Source of the DNA: Octopus sinensis
Lineage: Eukaryota
NCBI RefSeq assembly: GCF_006345805.1
Contig: NW_021832375.1
Location: 248,001-312,000, forward strand
Direction of reading: 5' to 3'
Length of the DNA: 64,000 nucleotides
The notes under the pieces are model-generated. The model saw only the letters and a list, made by a program, of their open reading frames with translations. It did not search any database and was not told the DNA's origin. Of this stretch, positions 1 to 12,630 are shown in pieces. Positions within the stretch are counted from its first letter, which is position 1. Each line of letters begins with the position of its first letter. Both the position numbers and the translations under genes were made by a program.

Positions 1-10
1 CCGGACATGC

Positions 11-549
11 GTAGGTAAGATTTTTCTTAGGTTGGTTGATAAGCATTTCACGCGATCACACAAATATAGAAAGATCTTTAACAGACATAATTTAAGGATC
101 TCTTTCAGTTGTGCACCCAATGTTAAGAAACAATTAATGCCCTGTGGACGGCCGATGTAACGCCGAGGCTACAGTGTACCAAGCAAAGGTAGACTCAGAC
201 AGAAGCAGCACAAATATCAGTAACATCAATGCCAACACAGGGACACACTAAAATTTATGTCGGATCTTGTGAATCCAAATTTAAAATTCGCCTGAACAAC
301 CACAGATCTTCTTTCAGGGTCCTGGAGGGATGCAACGCAACAATACTCGCAGCATACGTATGGCGCCTAAAGGACGATCATACGCACTTTAGCATCAGGT
401 GGAAATTACTAGAAACTTGTGGATCCTATCGCAACGGAACTAGACTTTGTAAATTGTGTATGGCAGAAAAACATATAATCCTTATGAACTTAAATGAGAC
501 AGGTGGCTACTTGAACTCCAGGACGGAAGCCGAGATGTCTACTTTTTAG
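11..549 (+). mobile_element. Penelope-like retroelement 3' fragment: linker plus C-terminal GIY-YIG endonuclease (frameshifted)
   Basis: From base 11: VGKIFLRLVDKHFTRSHKYRKIFNRHNLRISFSCAPNVKK. After a shift near 135: CPVDGRC..TVYQAKV..KIYVGSCESKFKIRLNNHRSSF..LAAYVWRLK..IRWKLL..CKLCMAEKHII..LNSRTE, the typical PLE GIY-YIG pattern. Confidence 0.85.
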
Positions 550-778
550 GAAATTTTTACTTCAAAATTGGAAAACCTAGCTATCAAGCGAAAGAAGACA
601 ACTCGCCCGGCCATAATTTTTAAAGAGGAATATTTCTTGAACTGTCATCGGTGTTCTTGTGTTTAAAAAAAAAATTCTTTGCAGAGAACAGTAATCGTTT
701 AGAGAAAATGAAGATATGTCTAGTTCACGCAAGATATTATATCAATGATTTTTTAACTGTTACTTTACACATACAATG

Positions 779-858
<80 letters not shown>

Positions 859-869
859 CCTTTGTGTTT

Positions 870-1070
870 GTGTTTGTCGCCCACCACCACCTGACGACCG
901 GTGTTGGCATATTTACGTCCCCGTAACCTAGCGGTTCAGCAAAATACATCAATAGAATAAGTACCAGACTTAAGAAAAAAAAGTACCGGGGTGGATTCGT
1001 TTGACTAAAATTTCTTCAAAGCGGTGCCCCAGCATGGTAGCAACTTAATGACTGAAACAAGTAAAAGCCA
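870..1070 (+). mobile_element. SINE family A, 3' half
   Basis: Matches the 3' half of full copies (ttacgtccccgtaac..agaataagtac..ccagcatgg..tgactgaaacaagtaaaag); ends approximate. Confidence 0.75.
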
Positions 1071-1292
1071 AAAAGAAAGGTTTGTTTCTCCAGAACTGAC
1101 CTGGGGGTTGAACATGGAAAAAGTCCAACTACGAAACGACAATAACAGCTGTAACAGAAACATGAAGTGTTAAAAATAAAATACATGAATATTAAAAGGG
1201 CTTTGTATATTCTGCTCCAGAATGGGCAGATAGCATGGGTTGATGTTCATCTTATTCCTCGAATACGAGTTTTAAAAAATGGGCTAGGAATT

Positions 1293-1375
<83 letters not shown>

Positions 1376-1550
1376 CAAAAACTTATCAGTGGATGTGTTA
1401 ACAGGTTTGTTAGCAGTTCTTGGGAACAGACGAGTCGAAAGAGGAGTGACGTTAACGATAAAAAAAAATTTGAAGGAGGGACGCTTTGACGAAAGATAGA
1501 CATTAGACGTTTATTAGTAAGGCGTACAACACACACACACACACACGCGC

Positions 1551-1596
<46 letters not shown>

Positions 1597-2300
1597 ATAC
1601 ACACACATACACACACATTCAGATGTTGTTGGATGACCGACCGATACAAGGAAATTGAATATCCTTTTTATCAGCCCTCCAAACATCTTACCCTTTGCTG
1701 CGTTGTATTCTTTTTAGGGAGCAGCGAAGTTTGACAATTAAATGCTTTTTTTTTAAGAAGATATTGTTTTGATTTGTTTGTTCTCTTCTGATTTTCCTCT
1801 TTATTTTTTTCCCCCTCCAGCAAAAATATTGATAAAAAAAATAATAAAGTTCATTGACATCGTGTAATGGGACTTCTTTTCTTTTCTTTTTCGTTCCTTG
1901 CAATTTTGATTTGACCGAAATGTTTCTGATGATAGAATCACTTTTAACATCTGAAGGATACACCACAAACAACGTCTTGCGCGTCATTTTTGAAAAAAAG
2001 GGTCGAAAAAACAATTTGTGTTTATGTATAAATATTCTATACATTTTCAGACACACAGACACACACATTGATATTTCGCTTAGGCGTAGCGAGAGTAATA
2101 ACTTGGTGTAGAACTCAATACGGGTGTGCTTCAGAACACAGTGTTAGATAAGTATAGAATAGTAATAATAAAAGAAAACAGAGATGACACCGGACAAATC
2201 TAAGGCGATGTAATGAATTTCATTAGTTCACGGCTGTTTCTGCTATAAGACGCGGTTAACAATTAGTTGCGCAGCCGGAAAACATCCTATACCTTCATCG

Positions 2301-2772
2301 GGATCATTTCGGTTTGAACGGCAGTTTTTTCTAGCGGTGTCATATGAAATTGTCACCCATAATTATGACCCTAGTATCGATCTATTGCATTTCAATCTGT
2401 TTTAGGGTTAGGGTTAGAGTTAGTGTTAGTTAGGGTTAGTTAGGGTGATGGTTAGGGTTAGGATTAGGGGTGGGAGGAAAGGGTATCTTTTTTTCTTCAG
2501 AAATGTAAATAAACCTAATCTGTTTCTTAAACGAGGGACATATTCATACGGCACAGAATGTTTTCACCTAAAATAGACGTCATTGATTGGTTGAAATTGC
2601 AGAAATTGAAGAAAAAAAAAACAACAAATATGTTACAAACTATAGAATTTTCTCAATAAAGCCAAGAGAAAAGGATGTTTTATAAACACATTCTACCAGT
2701 ATACGATGTTTAAAAGTGTTTAGTTACGTGGAAATTATTTTAAAAAACTGCCGTTCAAACCGATAAGATGCC
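2301..2772 (+). mobile_element. Merlin-like MITE copy 1 with internal TTAGGG repeats
   Basis: TIR GGATC.TTTCGGTTTGAACGGCAG; 8-bp TSD CTTCATCG at 2293-2300 and 2773-2780. Confidence 0.85.
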
Positions 2773-2851
2773 CTTCATCGGAGCCTTGAATATGAAATGC
2801 CCTTTATTTGAGAATATTACGTTTTTGGAACATACAGGTGGTACGAGTAAC

Positions 2852-2914
2852 GCTCTGACGAAGCTATGATGTTATCAGCGTATTGGAACAACAATAGCAG
2901 AAAAAGCTATAAGC
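2852..2914 (+). ncRNA. Type I hammerhead ribozyme motif (degenerate stem III)
   Basis: GCT-CTGACGA-A-GCTAT..ATAGC-A-GAAA-AAGCTATA-AGC: stem I GCT/AGC, stem II GCTAT/ATAGC. Confidence 0.65.
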
Positions 2915-3004
2915 TAACGAAGTCCATTACATAACCTTTGTTTTTTCCGGTATCATCTGCTTTTTCTGATATCTTATCTATCTATCTAATATATATGCTT
3001 TTAT

Positions 3005-3400
3005 TATTCTTTTATTTGTTTCAGTCATTTGACTGCGGCCATGGTGGAGCACCGCATTTAGTCGAACAAATCGACCCCAGGACTTATTCTTTGTAAGCCC
3101 AGTACTTATTCTATCGGTGTCTTTTGCCGAACCGCTACGTTACTGGGACGTAAACACACCAGCATCGGTTGTCAAGCGATGGTGGGAGTATAAACACCGA
3201 CACACACATACACACACACACACACACATATACACGCGACGGGCTTCTTTTAGTTTCCGTCTACCAAATCCACTCACAAGGCTTTGGCCGGCCCGAGGCT
3301 ATAGTAGAAGACACTTGCCCAAGGTGCCACGCAGTGGGACTGAATCAGGAACCATGTGGATGGGAAGAAAGCTTCTTACTACACAGCCACGCCTGCGCCT
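3005..3400 (-). mobile_element. tRNA-derived SINE family A (full length, CORE-like motif, central microsatellite)
   Basis: Minus strand: ggcgcaggcgtggctgtgtagtaag (A box), ggttcctgattcagtccc (B box), ccttgggcaagt core, tail tgactgaaacaaataaaag. Confidence 0.85.
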
Positions 3401-3479
3401 ATATATATATATATATATTTACTCTCTCCCTTTTTTACTCGTTTCAGCCGTGCGGTTGTGGTCATGCTGGAGCAACACC

Positions 3480-3908
3480 ATGGTCTTTCTGACTTCCTCA
3501 GTCTGGGTGTTTCACATCACCACTCCTCTATGTGCATTTTCCACCGCTGTCCGTACATTTGATGTATAATTGCATATGAAATGATGCGTCGTTGCACATG
3601 CTGATCCCCAAGTCTTTCACTGCCTGTCACTCTGGCATTGCAGCGCCTTGACGCCCTATAAATGTACATTGTACTGTATTTGCACTGAGTTTATATTGCA
3701 GAACTCGAAATTTTTCAGCACTGAACTGCATGTTGCTTATTTTGGCCCACTTATATACTGAGTTCAAGTCCCGGTGTAAGCTTGTAACATCCTCTTAGTG
3801 TTTTACTGCCTGTGATAATTTTGTGCCATCGGCATATCTAGTGACAGTAGCTGTCCGAGTGACTGTGGGCATGTCTAAGAGTGCTATTAGGAACAGTAAT
3901 GGCCCCAG
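3480..3908 (-). mobile_element. CR1/L2-group LINE reverse transcriptase fragment
   Basis: Minus: LGPLLFLIALLDMP..RYADGTKL..DVTSLHRDLNSVYKWAKISNMQFSAEKF, with stops. Confidence 0.8.
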
Positions 3909-4731
3909 ATAATATTTTTCGTACCTATCTTTAATTTATGAGGCTTAGATGATTTTCGAACTTTTCATTAGTAAATAGTTTTCGCCATTTTCATTGATAA
4001 TTTATTCTATTTGTTTACACTAGGACTTCACGTGTTTAATCTTTATAAACACTAAGACCTATGTATTTTTTTACGTTTAAAATTCAGTTATATTATTTTC
4101 ATCGACAAGCTAAGTAACGGTTTTTGCTTATAAATATTATTTGGCTTTTGAATTATATTGGGTTTGATTATTATTGTTATTATTATTGTTGTTGAAATAT
4201 TATTATTTTTATATATATTGATAGTTATAAGTTATGATAGTTATTAATTATTATATCTATTTATTTAGAATGATTTATTATTATTTTTATAAAGGGATTT
4301 AACGTATTACATATAACTTAATTTGAGAATTAATTTTGTTAGACAATACATTATTCAATAATTAGGTGGTATATTTATCAAGTAGTATTACATTTAAGTA
4401 AATTAGTTTTTATATTAATTGATATTTTGGTCAACTATATAATTGAGTGATATATTAAATCTATAGATACTACTTATATATTAATTATATAGTTAGTTTA
4501 TATAATGAGTGTGTCTATATTTGAACCATTTCTTATTTTTGATTCCAGTATTTATGGCTTATACTAGCATTGTGTATATTAATTAAATTGAATGTTTTTA
4601 ATATTAATTGCTTAATGGGTATTAGACTGTATTTGGATGCTTATTAAATAAATATATTAATTAATAATTTGATTTAATGTATATAGTTTAAAGTGTTGTA
4701 TTTAGTTTTCACTTAATGTATATTTTGTATC

Positions 4732-4814
<83 letters not shown>

Positions 4815-4889
4815 CAAATATATTTATATTTAAAAAATTTTTATTTGCGTATATTTATTAATTAATTATTTTATTATTGTAGTCATCTT

Positions 4890-4993
4890 TAACCTGATGA
4901 GTGGTTATATGTTTATTGAAGTGATTGTACTACTACTACTAATATTTTTACTATAATCATTTCTTAAATATAGCCACGAAACACGTTTCGTTA
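4890..4993 (+). ncRNA. Hammerhead ribozyme motif with long stem II
   Basis: TAAC-CTGATGA(4894-4900)-GTGGTTATAT..ATATAGCCAC-GAAAC(4978-4982)ACGTTTC-GTTA; stem III imperfect. Confidence 0.65.
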
Positions 4994-6049
4994 TTCTACC
5001 AAGTATATATGCTTTATTTATTATTTAGCACATTACTTAATCATCGGTATATTTTTTTTATCTTATATTTATATCTTTCTGTTATATGTAATTTTCCAGA
5101 TGGTGTAATTAAATTTTTCATTATTGAATTGATAAAAGTTGTTTTTTTCTAATTTTTATATATATATATATATGCATGCTCGCGTGTATACATACATACA
5201 TTCATACATATACACGCATGCATACATACTTACACATATACACACTCACACGCATATATACTTAAATACACAGAAAAGAACATACACACATACATGTGTG
5301 TGTGTGTGTTGTGTGTGTGTGTGTGCATTTGTTTTTGTTACTATGTTTAATTATATCTTTTGTTACATATTTTTATTTAGATACTTTATATTTTGTGTTA
5401 TGTAATGTTCATGTATATTGTATTTTAAACTATTTTCTTATATATTGTAGTTATATTTTTTGTTATATAGTAAATATATTTATAGGATATTTTTGTTATA
5501 TATTACTGTTTGGTTACACGTTCATTTTTGCTATCAGTTATTTTTATTTGTATATTATAATGTACCATTTATTTATATATTCGTTTTATCATATTTTTTT
5601 TATATGTTCTCTTTTACGTATTTCGTTAATATATTATTTTCACTTATATATTTATGCACAAGTTTTCGTTATAGTGATTTTCTCAGTGACATATTAGATT
5701 TTTTCCTATATTATTTTTAGTTATATAATATATGCTTCTGTTATTCATTATTATGTTCATTTTTGTTCATTTACTATTCTATGTGATGTTATTCCCCACT
5801 AATTAGACATTCTAGGGCGGAGACAAAAGTATGTTATTTTTTGAGCATTGATAAGCCATTTTGTTAAAAGAAATATATATATATATATAAATAACATATC
5901 CTCACATTGTCTCTTGAGCATTGCGTTTCTAAAGTTACTCCAGATTCACACAGTTTGGTTAAGTTAGGTCAGCTGTTCAAAGAACTGCTTCTGATAAACG
6001 AACAAATAAGGCAGAAGTTTTGAAACCTGGCTTAGATAAGAGAGAATCG

Positions 6050-6471
6050 GGATCTTTTCGGTTTGAACGGCAGTTTTTTCCAGCGGTGTCATATGAAATT
6101 GCCACCCATAATTATGACCCTAGTTTCGATCTATTGCATTTCAATCTGTTTTAGGGTTAGGGTTACGGGTGGGGGGAAGGGTATCTTTTTTTCTTCACAA
6201 ATGTAAATAAACCCAATTTGTTTCTTAAACGAGGGACATATTCATAAGGCACAGAATGTTGTTTTTTACCTCAATAGACATCTTTGATTGGTTGAAATTG
6301 CAGAAATTGAAGAAAAAAAACAACAAATATGTTACAAACTATAGAATTTTCTCAATAAAGCCAAGAGAAAAAGATGTTTTATAAACACATTCTACCAGTA
6401 TACGAAGTTTAAAAGTGTTTAGTTATGTGGAAATTATTTTAAGAAAACTGCCGTTCAAACTGAAAAGATCC
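6050..6471 (+). mobile_element. Merlin-like MITE copy 2
   Basis: GGATCTTTTCGGTTTGAACGGCAG..CTGCCGTTCAAACTGAAAAGATCC; perfect TSD GAGAATCG. Confidence 0.9.
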
Positions 6472-6864
6472 GAGAATCGTTGAGTGCTATGCAAACTTTG
6501 AGAAAACATAATTGGCCATCAGGTTTCGATTTCTAGAAATGGGATTCGATTTGTAAATTTCAATATTCAGTTCAGTCATTGAACTGAGTTGTCAGAATTG
6601 TTACGTTCCGTGTTCAAATGCTGCTGGGGCTGACTTTGCCTTTATATTTTTTCAAGGTCGATAAAATAATTACCAGTTAAGTACTGGGGTCGATGCAGTC
6701 GATTTGCCTCTCTCTCGAAATTGCTGCCTTGTGCCAAAATGTGAAACCAATATTCAATTCAGTCGATCGACTTAATATTCTTTAAAAAGAAAAAAAAAAT
6801 TAAAATAAGACGTTCAGAGAGCTATACGCATGTTGGTAATAAAATGCTTCTATTAGACAGAAAA

Positions 6865-7260
6865 GCTGATTGCACGATGCCTGTGCATGAACAGTGGTAC
6901 TACAAGATAGTGAAACGTGGGCTGTGACTGCAGATGACATACGAAAACTTGAAAGAAGAGAAGTCAGCATGCTCCGATGTGTTAATGTTTTGAGAGAAAA
7001 ATTGTGTATAAGAAGCATCATATGTAGTGTACAAGAGGAGAATACTACGTTGGCATTGTCATGTGATGCATAAGGATACAGACAGCTGCGTAAAGAAAAA
7101 CCAATCTTCAAGTGTGGAAGGAACCTGTGGAAAAGGTAGACCAAGGAAGACGTGTCACGAAGTGGGGAAAATGTTCTCTAGATGTTGCGCCCTACGGAGG
7201 AGATGACAAAGGGACCGAGATGATGGACGATTTTCTGTACTTGGGAAGACCCCTAAAGCA
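6865..7260 (+). mobile_element. RTE-clade LINE 3' fragment (degenerate)
   Basis: HDACA*TVVLQDSETWAVTADDIRKLERREVSMLR; homologous to 51864-52142. Confidence 0.75.
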
Positions 7261-7865
7261 ATGTAAAATCAAGGTCTTAAAGATATATCATTTATGTTAA
7301 TAGAATCTGTTCCTGACAAGGCTCTCTGCCACAATCCATCTTCCTAACAACTACCCCATCATCCCACACGGGTTCATCATTGTATTCCCCATCCTTCTAC
7401 CTCCCACTCTTCCTTCACACCACCGCGAACCTACCTGTACACCTACCTGCACACAATGTGTCTCGAATCTCTTCCCCAGAACATACCCTCCTAACACCTC
7501 CTCCCTCTACTACAGTCACTCCCATCACCCACCCACTCTCCTTTCATAGTCTCACAAACTTACCCACCCAGTCACCCAATTCTGTTCCTAGTTCCACTTC
7601 ACTTATATACACCTCCTTGTAACTTGGGCGCATCCCCGTCACATCTTCACAGTCATCTCATTCTCTTTTCTAGCTTTCCTCGATTTCAGCACAACATATT
7701 TCTGTTGTGGGTATATAATAATATGTGGAAATTGACGATTGAAAAGTCTGTTATCAGCATATTGTCAAAGAAATAATTTTCTTTTGCCCTTGTTTATAAG
7801 TGGTATATATATATGCAGTTAAGTCTATGCCCGGTCATACAGTCACCAATGTGTGTGTGTGTGTG

Positions 7866-7914
<49 letters not shown>

Positions 7915-7947
7915 ATCCCACTTCTGACAGATAACGTTAGATTTTGT

Positions 7948-8115
7948 AGGCGTAGGAGTGACTGTGAGGTAAGTAGCTTGCTTACCAACCACATGGTTCC
8001 GGGTTCAGTCCCACTGCGTGGCACCTGGGACACTTGTCTTCTACTATAGCCTCGGGCCAACCAAAGCCTTGTGAGTGGATTTGGTAGACGGAAACTGAAA
8101 GAAGCCCGTCGTATG

Positions 8116-8179
<64 letters not shown>

Positions 8180-8354
8180 TGTGCATGCGTGCGTGTGTGT
8201 TTATGTCCCCGTAACTTAACGGTTCGGCAAAAGAGACCGATAGAATAAGTACTAGGCTTACAAAGAATAAGTCCTGGAGTCGATTTGCTCGACTACAGGC
8301 AGTGCTCCAGCATGGCCGCAGTCAAATGACTGAAACAAGTAAAAGAGTAAAAGA

Positions 8355-8355
<1 letters not shown>
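7948..8355 (+). mobile_element. SINE family A (full length)
   Basis: ggcgtaggagtgactgtgaggtaag..ggttcagtccc..central (TA)n(TG)n..agtaaaagagtaaaagag tail. Confidence 0.85.
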
Positions 8356-8394
<39 letters not shown>

Positions 8395-8423
8395 TCGTTT
8401 CGTTTCTTCTTCTTCTCTAAGCT

Positions 8424-8460
<37 letters not shown>

Positions 8461-8465
<5 letters not shown>

Positions 8466-8665
8466 TAATCCAAACAAGAAAACAAAAAGACAACAACGCA
8501 AGGATGTGGAACAAATAAAATATTATTGGACGCCCAGGAAAGAAGGGAAGAAGGAGGGTTTGACGTTTCGAGCGGAGCTCTTCGTCGGAAACATGGGAGA
8601 AGGAAAGATCCCGAGACGGGAGGACAGAGGAAAAAAAATCGCCGGTGGTATTCACGAGCTCACAT
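8461..8665 (-). mobile_element. Short non-coding element with minimal hammerhead (8558-8592), attached to (TA)n
   Basis: Minus: GTTT-CCGACGA-A-GAGC-TCC-GCTC-GAAAC-GTC-AAAC; homologous to 17560-17758. Confidence 0.7.
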
Positions 8666-8759
8666 ACTAAAAAGACGGAAGTGGTAAAAAAGGAGGAAAA
8701 TGTTTTTAAAAACAAGAGAGCTATATCGAAGATGGAATGGTAAAAAAGGTGTGAGAGAT

Positions 8760-9620
8760 GACAAGTGTGTGTGTGTGTGTGTGAGTGTGTGTGTGCGTGT
8801 GTGTGTGTGTGTGTATGGTGGACAATGGCTAGTAGCAGGCAGTAGTAGAATTAAGGGGTGGTGTGGGGGTACCCTAGCAAGTCAGAAAGGCAGGTCAGAA
8901 ACAGGGAGGTATGTGTGTGTGCGTGTATATGTATCGTGTGTGTGTTTTGTTGTAGTATGTGTGTGTGTTTTGTTGTAGTATGTGTGTGTGTATGGCGAGT
9001 AACTGTGCTTAACTTAGTGTAGGTGTGCGTGTGTGCTTGTACGTGCGTGTGTGTGTATATATACGTATGTATAATTGTGTGCGTGTATGTATGTGTGTTC
9101 GTGTATGTATGGTTGTGTGCCGTATGGGATGTATGTGTGGGTTCATTTGTGTGTGTGTGCGTGTGTGTGTATGTGCGTGTAGTTGTGTGTGCGTGTATGT
9201 GTGCGTTTGTATGTGTGTGTGTGTAAGCGTAAATGGATGTATATGCGTGTATCCGTGGGTTTGTGAGTCTCTTTTTGCGCGTGTGCGTGCGTATGTGTGC
9301 GCATGTTTTGGTGTGCGTATGTATGTGTGTGTCTGTGCTTATATGTGTATACGTATGTGTATGTGTGCGTGCGCGTGGAGGTATATGTTGTGTGTATGTA
9401 TATGTGTCGGTGTGTGTGTGAATTAGTGTGTGTTTGTATGTGTGTATGTGTGTGTGCGTGTATTGTATATATATGTAAATGTGTGTGTGTACGTGCGTGG
9501 GAGTGAATGTATGTATGTGCGTGTGTGTACAAATGTAGGGGTTTATATGTGTGTTTATATGTTTATATGTGTGTATATATATGCATGCAAGGACACACTT
9601 CGCAACTGAATGCATGCATA
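8760..9620. repeat. Complex (GT)n/(GTAT)n microsatellite region
   Basis: Directly visible; source of spurious VC/HT ORFs. Confidence 0.9.
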
Positions 9621-9801
9621 CATGCATAGAGGCATATACATATGTACACGGCAGCAGTGAATGCTGCCGCTGGGATATAATTCAAATTCTTTGGGAGCAT
9701 TGATCTGTATAGATAGAAATTTAGGTGGTAGGAAACAAACTCTCAAGAGAAGATGGGAAAGCACTGAGTTATTTTATATTTTAATTAATTAATTAGCTAA
9801 T

Positions 9802-10193
9802 GGATCTTTTCGGTTAGAACGGCTGTTTTTTCTAGCGGTGTTATATGAAATTGTCACTCATAATTATGACCCTTAGGGTTAGTTCGGGGTAGGGGTGGGG
9901 GGAAGGGTATCTTTTTTTCTTCAGAAGTGTAAATAAACCCAATCTGTTTCTTAAACGAGGGAACATATTCTTACGGCACAGAATATTTTCACCTAAAATA
10001 GACGTCATTGATTGGTTGAAATTGCAGAAATTGAAGAAAAAAACAACAAATATCTTACAAACTATAGAATTTCCTCAATAAAGCCAAGAGAAAAAGATGT
10101 TTTATAAACACATTCTACCAGTATACGAAGTTTAAAAGTGTTTGGTTACGTGGAAGTTATTTTAAAAAACTGCCGGTCAAACCGAAAAGATCC
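9802..10193 (+). mobile_element. Merlin-like MITE copy 3 (internal deletion)
   Basis: TIRs present; perfect TSD TAGCTAAT. Confidence 0.9.
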
Positions 10194-10516
10194 TAGCTAA
10201 TTAATCTGAAGCTAATAGTGTTACAATTTAACTAGGAAACGGTACCATGTGGCTGGTAAGCAAACTTCTTACCACAGAACCACTGTCCTGTACTCTGTTT
10301 TGTCGTTGTTAAAAAAGTCCGTTTCCTATTTTGATTTTATGTTTTCGTTTCTCGTTGTGTTCTACGTTTATTTGTGGTGTCCTGTACTCATATATATATA
10401 TATGCATGTATATATACATATAGAATGTACATATATGTATGTATATATGCATATATTTTATTTATTATATTGCTATTATATATATATATATATATATATA
10501 TATTACAAAATCAGGC

Positions 10517-10761
10517 GGTATGAGAGGTTAATATGTGTTTAACCACATGAATTCCGTAGTATTACAGCCGTTTTGCAACCTTCTTCGCGTAGTATTAATT
10601 TCAGTATGGAAGAAATCCTATTTTGCCTGGCACACTTACTAATGTAAACATGTGCGCATAATTTATTGCATACTTCAATTAATACTACATGAAAGAAGGT
10701 GTGAAACGGCCGTAAATCTATGAAACTCCCGTAGTTAAATGTATGTTCACCTTTCATACCT
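10517..10761. repeat. Degenerate ~85-bp inverted repeat with hammerhead 3'-half motifs
   Basis: ggtatgagaggt..gtagtattaatt vs aattaatactac..cctttcatacc; right arm has GAAACGGCCGTA, left arm (minus) has AAAACGGCTGTA. Confidence 0.6.
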
Positions 10762-10914
10762 CTTGACTTTATGGTTTTTATGCTCCTCTGGTTCTTAACC
10801 ATGGACATGTTTGTTTCCTATTTTATTCAGAAGGACCCTCATAGCCATTCAAAGTTTAAAACATCCTATTATATTTTTATGATTAAATATTATCAGGAAT
10901 TGTATAAAACATTG

Positions 10915-11324
10915 GGATCTTTTCGGTTTGATCGGCAGTTTTTAACATAATTTCTAGGTAACTAAAAAATTTTAATCTTTGTATACTGGTAGAATATGTT
11001 TATAAAACATCTTTTTCTCTTGGCTTTATTGAGAAAATTCTATAGTTTGTAAGATATTTGTTGTTTTTTTCTTCAATTTCTGCAATTTCAACCAATCACT
11101 GACGTCTGTGCCGTATGAATATGTCCCTCATTTAAGAAACAGATTGGGTTTATTTACATTTGTGAAGAAAAAAGATACCCTTCCCCCACCCCTAACCCTA
11201 ACCCCAACTAACGCTAACCCTAAAACAGATTGAAATGAAATAGATCGATACTAGGGTCATAATTATGGGTAACAATTTCATATGACACCGCTAGAAAAAA
11301 CTGCCGTTCAAACCGAAAAGATCC
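10915..11324 (-). mobile_element. Merlin-like MITE copy 4
   Basis: TIRs; TSD AAACATTG/AAAAATTG (7/8); internal CCCTAA repeats. Confidence 0.9.
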
Positions 11325-11859
11325 AAAAATTGTTAGAATATTTTCTGTATTAAGAATTATAAACGATTTATTGCTCATAAATTTTAATAAAAAATCTCAT
11401 ATGGACGCACCCCGTCTTACAAGGGCCAAACGGACCCCAGTTGAGAACCATTGAGATTCTCCTTGTTACGATAAAATATTTCTCTGGATACGTGAATGGT
11501 GTTGCGATTACTCTTTTATACTCTTTTATACTCTTTTATACTCTTTTACTTGTTTCAGTCATTTGACTGCACCGCCTTTAGTCGAGCAAATCGACCCCAG
11601 GACTTATTCTTTGTATGCCTAGTACTTATTCTATCGGTCTCTTTTGCCGAACGGCTAAGTTACGGGGACACACCAGCATCGGTTGTCAAGCGATGTTGGG
11701 GAACAAACACAGACACACAAACATATACGCACACACACACACACACACACACACACCACACACACACACACACACATTCACACACACACACACACCACAC
11801 ACACACACACACACACAGGTGTCAAAAAGACAGATGTACCTAGTGTAGGTTCAACGACT

Positions 11860-12630
11860 ATTTAGAATTAGCATGTTTCGCTTCATGCTCTTGCTTGATG
11901 GAGATGGAATAATCCCAGGTTAGTGATCCCAGGTCCGTCAATGCTCTCCATTACTGACGGTTCTGTGCCAACCCATCTGCATCCTCAAAGGAGACATCAA
12001 GCCTCTGGGGATCTTCCCCTACTACATCCAGCCATCTGGTGCGGGGCCTGTCACTGCAGCTGCTGCGTCGAAAGAGAGTAAAGCCCCTGTAGAATGATCT
12101 AACGGGAAACATGATATTCCGTATCAGCGCATGCAACGGATAGCTATGAGGTGGCAGGCTCCGGGCTGATGCATGTGCGCGCAGTTCTTTGTTGGAATAG
12201 AACGGGCCCTCAAGAATTCCGGGTTGATGTCCGGCGTGTTGAAAGACCTCTGGGAGTGGGGCACCTCTTTGTTAAAGTAATCTTCTCCGGGAGAAAATGT
12301 TCTTGTATAAAACCAGACATGCAAGGAATGGTACTGAACATTTTGAGATGTTTTTTGCTTGTGCATGATATCTTGGCACCACCACATTCCTCAACCCACG
12401 ACCCATACTGCCACTGGATATCTTGCACTGGCTTGTCTCTGGATCATGTCAGTAGAGTGGAGAAGGTCTGTGAGGCGTTGTGCAAGCCTTATTGGACCTA
12501 AAATTTTAGATTGTGAAATCGTCAGCACGGCGACTGTCCGATACCCGGGTGAGTAACAGGGAGCCGCAGCGTGGATGGAAGTTGCGGGTGTGAGCTTGGA
12601 TGAAGTCGATCGCGTGTGCAATTACCTCAT
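11860..12630 (-). mobile_element. Degenerate LINE 3' end (RTE/CR1-group), with an apparently inverted 5' segment
   Basis: Minus: ..RPRTRWLDVVGEDPQRLDVSFEDADGLAQNRQ*WRAL and SQSKILGPIRLA; plus 12553-12629: MEVAGVSLDEVDRVCNYL. Confidence 0.6.

Larger units (their letters stand above)
2170..2965. repeat. Inverted pair of hammerhead-bearing (PLE pLTR-like) repeats; left arm interrupted by a MITE
   Basis: 2172-2300 is the diverged reverse complement of 2852-2965 (gatgacaccggacaaa..tgtaatg..gtttctgctat vs atagcagaaa..cattaca..ttccggtatcatc). Confidence 0.7.

Noticed and set aside
2400-2475. True telomere
   Set aside because: Short degenerate TTAGGG tract internal to a TSD-flanked MITE.
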